From: Prorocentrum cordatum
Taxonomy: Eukaryota
NCBI GenBank assembly: GCA_963575745.1
Contig: CAUYUJ010000233.1
Location: forward strand, 62,001 to 116,502
Reading direction: 5' to 3'
Length of the DNA: 54,502 nucleotides
Shown piece by piece: positions 51,456-54,502 of this stretch (position 1 is its first letter; each line of letters begins with the position of its first letter). A program made the translations under genes and the position numbers. The notes below the pieces were generated by a model that searched no databases, was not told the origin of the DNA, and worked only from the letters and a program-made list of their open reading frames with translations.

Positions 51456-54400
51456 GGGGGACTCGTAGAGCTTCCTGACAACATATAATGTCGAAAAAAG
51501 TTATACAGAAAAAAAGTTTTTCAGCCCAAGCAATTTCAGACCTCTCGGATGGAACAGCCGAACGCCCCCGATGCTTCTGGTGTGTCTGTACGAGCTCTGT
51601 AGCTCTCCTACAGCCCGAGTTACGTGCGTAAATCGACAGCACCTCTCAAGATGACTCGAACAATTCAAATAGTTTGGCAAACCTACCTCGAGTATCAGAC
51701 CGAGTTCAGACCTCTGCATGCGACAGGCGGACGCGTCTGATGTCTCTGAATCGAATCCTGTGATTACCAGCCCTGCAGCCCCCCTACAGCCCCCCTACAA
51801 TATATAATTTGGGAAAAAATGCAGAGAACGAATAGTTTTTCAGCCCAAGCGATGTGAGACCTCTCGATGCAACAGTCGAACGCCCCCGATGCTTCTGGAT
51901 TGTTTTCTTTGCGAGCTCTGTAGCTCTCCTACAGCCCGAGTTAAGTGCAGGAAACCGACAGCACCTCTCAGGATGACTTGAACAATACACATAGTTTCGC
52001 GAACCTAGTTTGAGCAGCAGACAGAGTTCGGAGTTTTGGATTCGAAAGGCGGACGCGCCTGATGTCTCCGAATCGATTCCAATGATTACCAGCCATGCAG
52101 CCCCCCTACAGCCCAAGGTAAGCGCAGAGAACCGATAGCATCTCTCAAGATGACTCGAACAATACGAATAGTTTGGCGATTCTACATCGGGCAGCAGACC
52201 GAGTTCAGAGCTCGGGATTCAACAGAGAACGGCCACTCATGACTCTGGATCAGATTATGTACGCATCAGCTCTGTAGCTGTCCTGTAGCTCGAGTGAAGT
52301 ACAGAAAACCGAGAGTGTCTGTCAAGATGACTCGAATAATACAAATTGATATGCGGATCTAGCTCGGCTAGCAGACCGAATTCAGACCTCTCGGTTCAAC
52401 GGCCCAACGCCCCTGATCATTCTGAATCGATTAGCTGTGCTTACCAGCTCTGTAGCTGTCCTGAAGCTCGAGTTATCTTGAGAAAACCGTCACTGCGTGA
52501 CAAGATAACTCGAAAGGGCCGATGCCGCCAGTGTGCTTCTTAGCAGTAAAAGATACCCGATCGATCTGAGATCGAGACGGCGAGCGGGAATGAGATCGAA
52601 TATCACGGGAAAAAATACTAGAGCTGAAACGAATTGAAAAATCTCGAGAACAAAATTTTGAACCGACCAAAAGTCACCAAAAGGTCCGTCGACATTTTTC
52701 TTGCCAACTAGCTCTCCAGCGCCCCGGAACTGGCGCCGGCGGTGAACCGTCAACTTGGTCACCGCGGGAACCTCGTGGGGCTCGTTGCACGCGTAAGAGT
52801 GCTGAGATGTAAAGCAGACAGCTTCTGAAAGCATTTCTACAAAACACCGAATTGTTTTTTTCGGTATCCACATGATGTCAGTTCCTGAAAATGTTTGGAT
52901 AGTAAAACTCCCTCGAGAGAGCTGAGCTGCTCGCAGAAGGAAGTTTAGATACTGATGTTCGGAGTAAGAACCTGCTTTTTCAAATTTTCGCTAAACCGAC
53001 CCAAAGTTATCACATCTTCTTTTCTGGTCGGGTCGACCACTGGCGCCGGCAGTAAACCGTCAACCTGGTCACCGCCGGGAGCCTCGTAGAGCTCATTTCA
53101 CGCGTAAGAGTGCTCGAAGTCGAAGAGAGAGCTTCTGGAAGCATTTCTCGAAAAAAATGATTTTTTCGTGTCGACATGAAGATGGTTCCGCCAAGTGTTT
53201 TGATAGTAAAAGTGCGCCTACAGAGCTCATACTAAGACAGAGAAGCCCTCATAGTCGTTTACAGGTGCGAAAAATCTGCTTTCTCAAAATGAATTGTCAA
53301 ATATCTTTCAAAAAATTGCAAAACCACCCAAAAGTTACCACTTTGTCCTTTCTGGCCGGGTCGACCAACTGGGCGCCGGCGGTAAACCGTCAACCTTCGT
53401 TACCGCCGGGGGACTCGTAGAGCTTCCTGACATCATATAATGTCGAAAAAATACACTGAAAAAAAAATTCTTCAGCCCAAGAAATTTCAGACCTCTCCGA
53501 TGTAACAGCCGAACGCCCCCGATGCTTCTGGATTGTCTTCTGTACGAGCTCTGTAGCTCTCCTACAGCCCGAGTTACGTGCGTAAATCGACAGCACCTCT
53601 CAAGATGACTCGAACAATACGAATAGTTTGGCAAACCTAGCTCGAGTATCAGACCGAGTTCAGGCCTCTGAATGCGACAGGCGAACGCGTCTGATCTCTC
53701 CGAATCGATACCTGTTGATTACCAGCCCTACTGACAGCCCTTCTACACCCGAGTTTAAAGTGCAGGAAACCGACAGCACCTCTCGGATGACTCGACAATA
53801 CGAAAAATAGTTACGCGACCTAGTTCGGGCATGCAAACAGAGTTCATAGTCTTCGTTCGAAGGCGGGCGCACCTGATGTCCCCGAATCGATTCCAGTGAT
53901 TACCAGCCATGCAGCCCCCCTACAGCCCGAGTTGAGTGCAGAGAACCGACAGCATCTCTCAAGATGACTCGAACAATACGAATAGTTCTGCGATTCTAGA
54001 TCGGGCAGCAGACCGAGTTCAGAGCTCTGGATTCAACAGACAACGGCCACTGATGATTCTGAATCAGATTCTGTACGCATCAGCTCTTTAGCTGTCCTGT
54101 AGCTCGAGTTAAGTACAGAAAACCGAGAGCGCCTGTCAAGATGACTCGAATAATACGAATAGGTTTGCGGACCTAGCTCGGCTAGCAGACCGAATTCAGA
54201 CCTCTGGGTTCAACAGGCGAACGCGCCTGATCATTCTGAATCGATTAGCTGTGCTTACCAGCTCTGTAGCTGTCCTAAAGCTCGAGTTATCTTGAGAAAA
54301 CCGTCACCGCGTGACAAGATGACCCGAAACGGCCGATCCCGCCTGCCTGCTTTTTGGCAGTAAAAGGTACCCGATCGAGCTGAGATCAAGATGGCGAGCG

Positions 54401-54502
54401 GGAATAAGATCGAATATCACGGGAAAAATACTAAAGCTCTAACGAATGTTCAAATTTCGAGAACAAAGTTTTCTACCGACCAAAAGTCACCAAAAGGTCC
54501 GT

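Larger units (their letters stand above)
32215..54502 (-). mobile_element. dense nested/tandem array of Helitron2/Helentron-like non-autonomous elements (long A type ~1-1.2 kb; short B/C types ~0.4 kb)
   Basis: shared terminus at 32626, 33640, 34668, 35162, 35805, 36813, 37802, 39014, 39364, 39765, 40032, 41202, 41725, 42845, 43210, 44389, 45434, 46741, 48016, 49486, 52730, 53040, 53369; ATIRs, hairpins, no TSD; strand assigned by analogy only. Confidence 0.75.

Noticed and set aside
29401..53395. CRISPR-like array or recurring TSD: a ~27-bp motif repeated ~29 times
   Set aside because: Intervals are 0.25-3 kb and repetitive, and there are no cas genes. The motif co-varies with the subfamily that follows and pairs with it, so it is an element terminus.
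32626..54502. Telomere-type head-to-tail retroelement array with 5' truncations
   Set aside because: Several apparent truncations are nested insertions whose remainder reappears downstream; there are no poly-A tails and inverted copies occur.

Overview
Repeat-dominated eukaryotic nuclear DNA with a 100-N gap at 3399-3498. It is most consistent with a dinoflagellate (spliced-leader-like GGCTCAAG relics, WADN-type LINE RT, decayed gag and PIF1 fragments); that host assignment is inference. No intact host gene, rRNA, tRNA or CRISPR array is supportable, and most ORFs in the track are microsatellite or GC-rich artefacts. The left half holds microsatellites, satellites, a decayed LTR retrotransposon (tRNA-iMet-type PBS, gag with CCHC knuckle, dead protease) and two different PIF1-like helicase remnants, one cut by a 159-bp tandem repeat. 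From about 20 kb, and densely from 32 kb to the end, lies a nested/tandem pile of about 29 copies of non-coding elements. They have Helitron2/Helentron-like ends: asymmetric terminal inverted repeats, hairpins at both ends with compensatory changes, no TSD, and a fixed CAG|T end. Two copies of one non-LTR retrotransposon family have their 3' ends at the same position in the invariant hairpin loop (ACCGTCAACC) of these elements. One copy encodes RT followed by what looks like a circularly permuted RNase H. The other carries tandem spliced-leader relics at its 5' end. Coordinates were counted by eye and may be off by a few bases.
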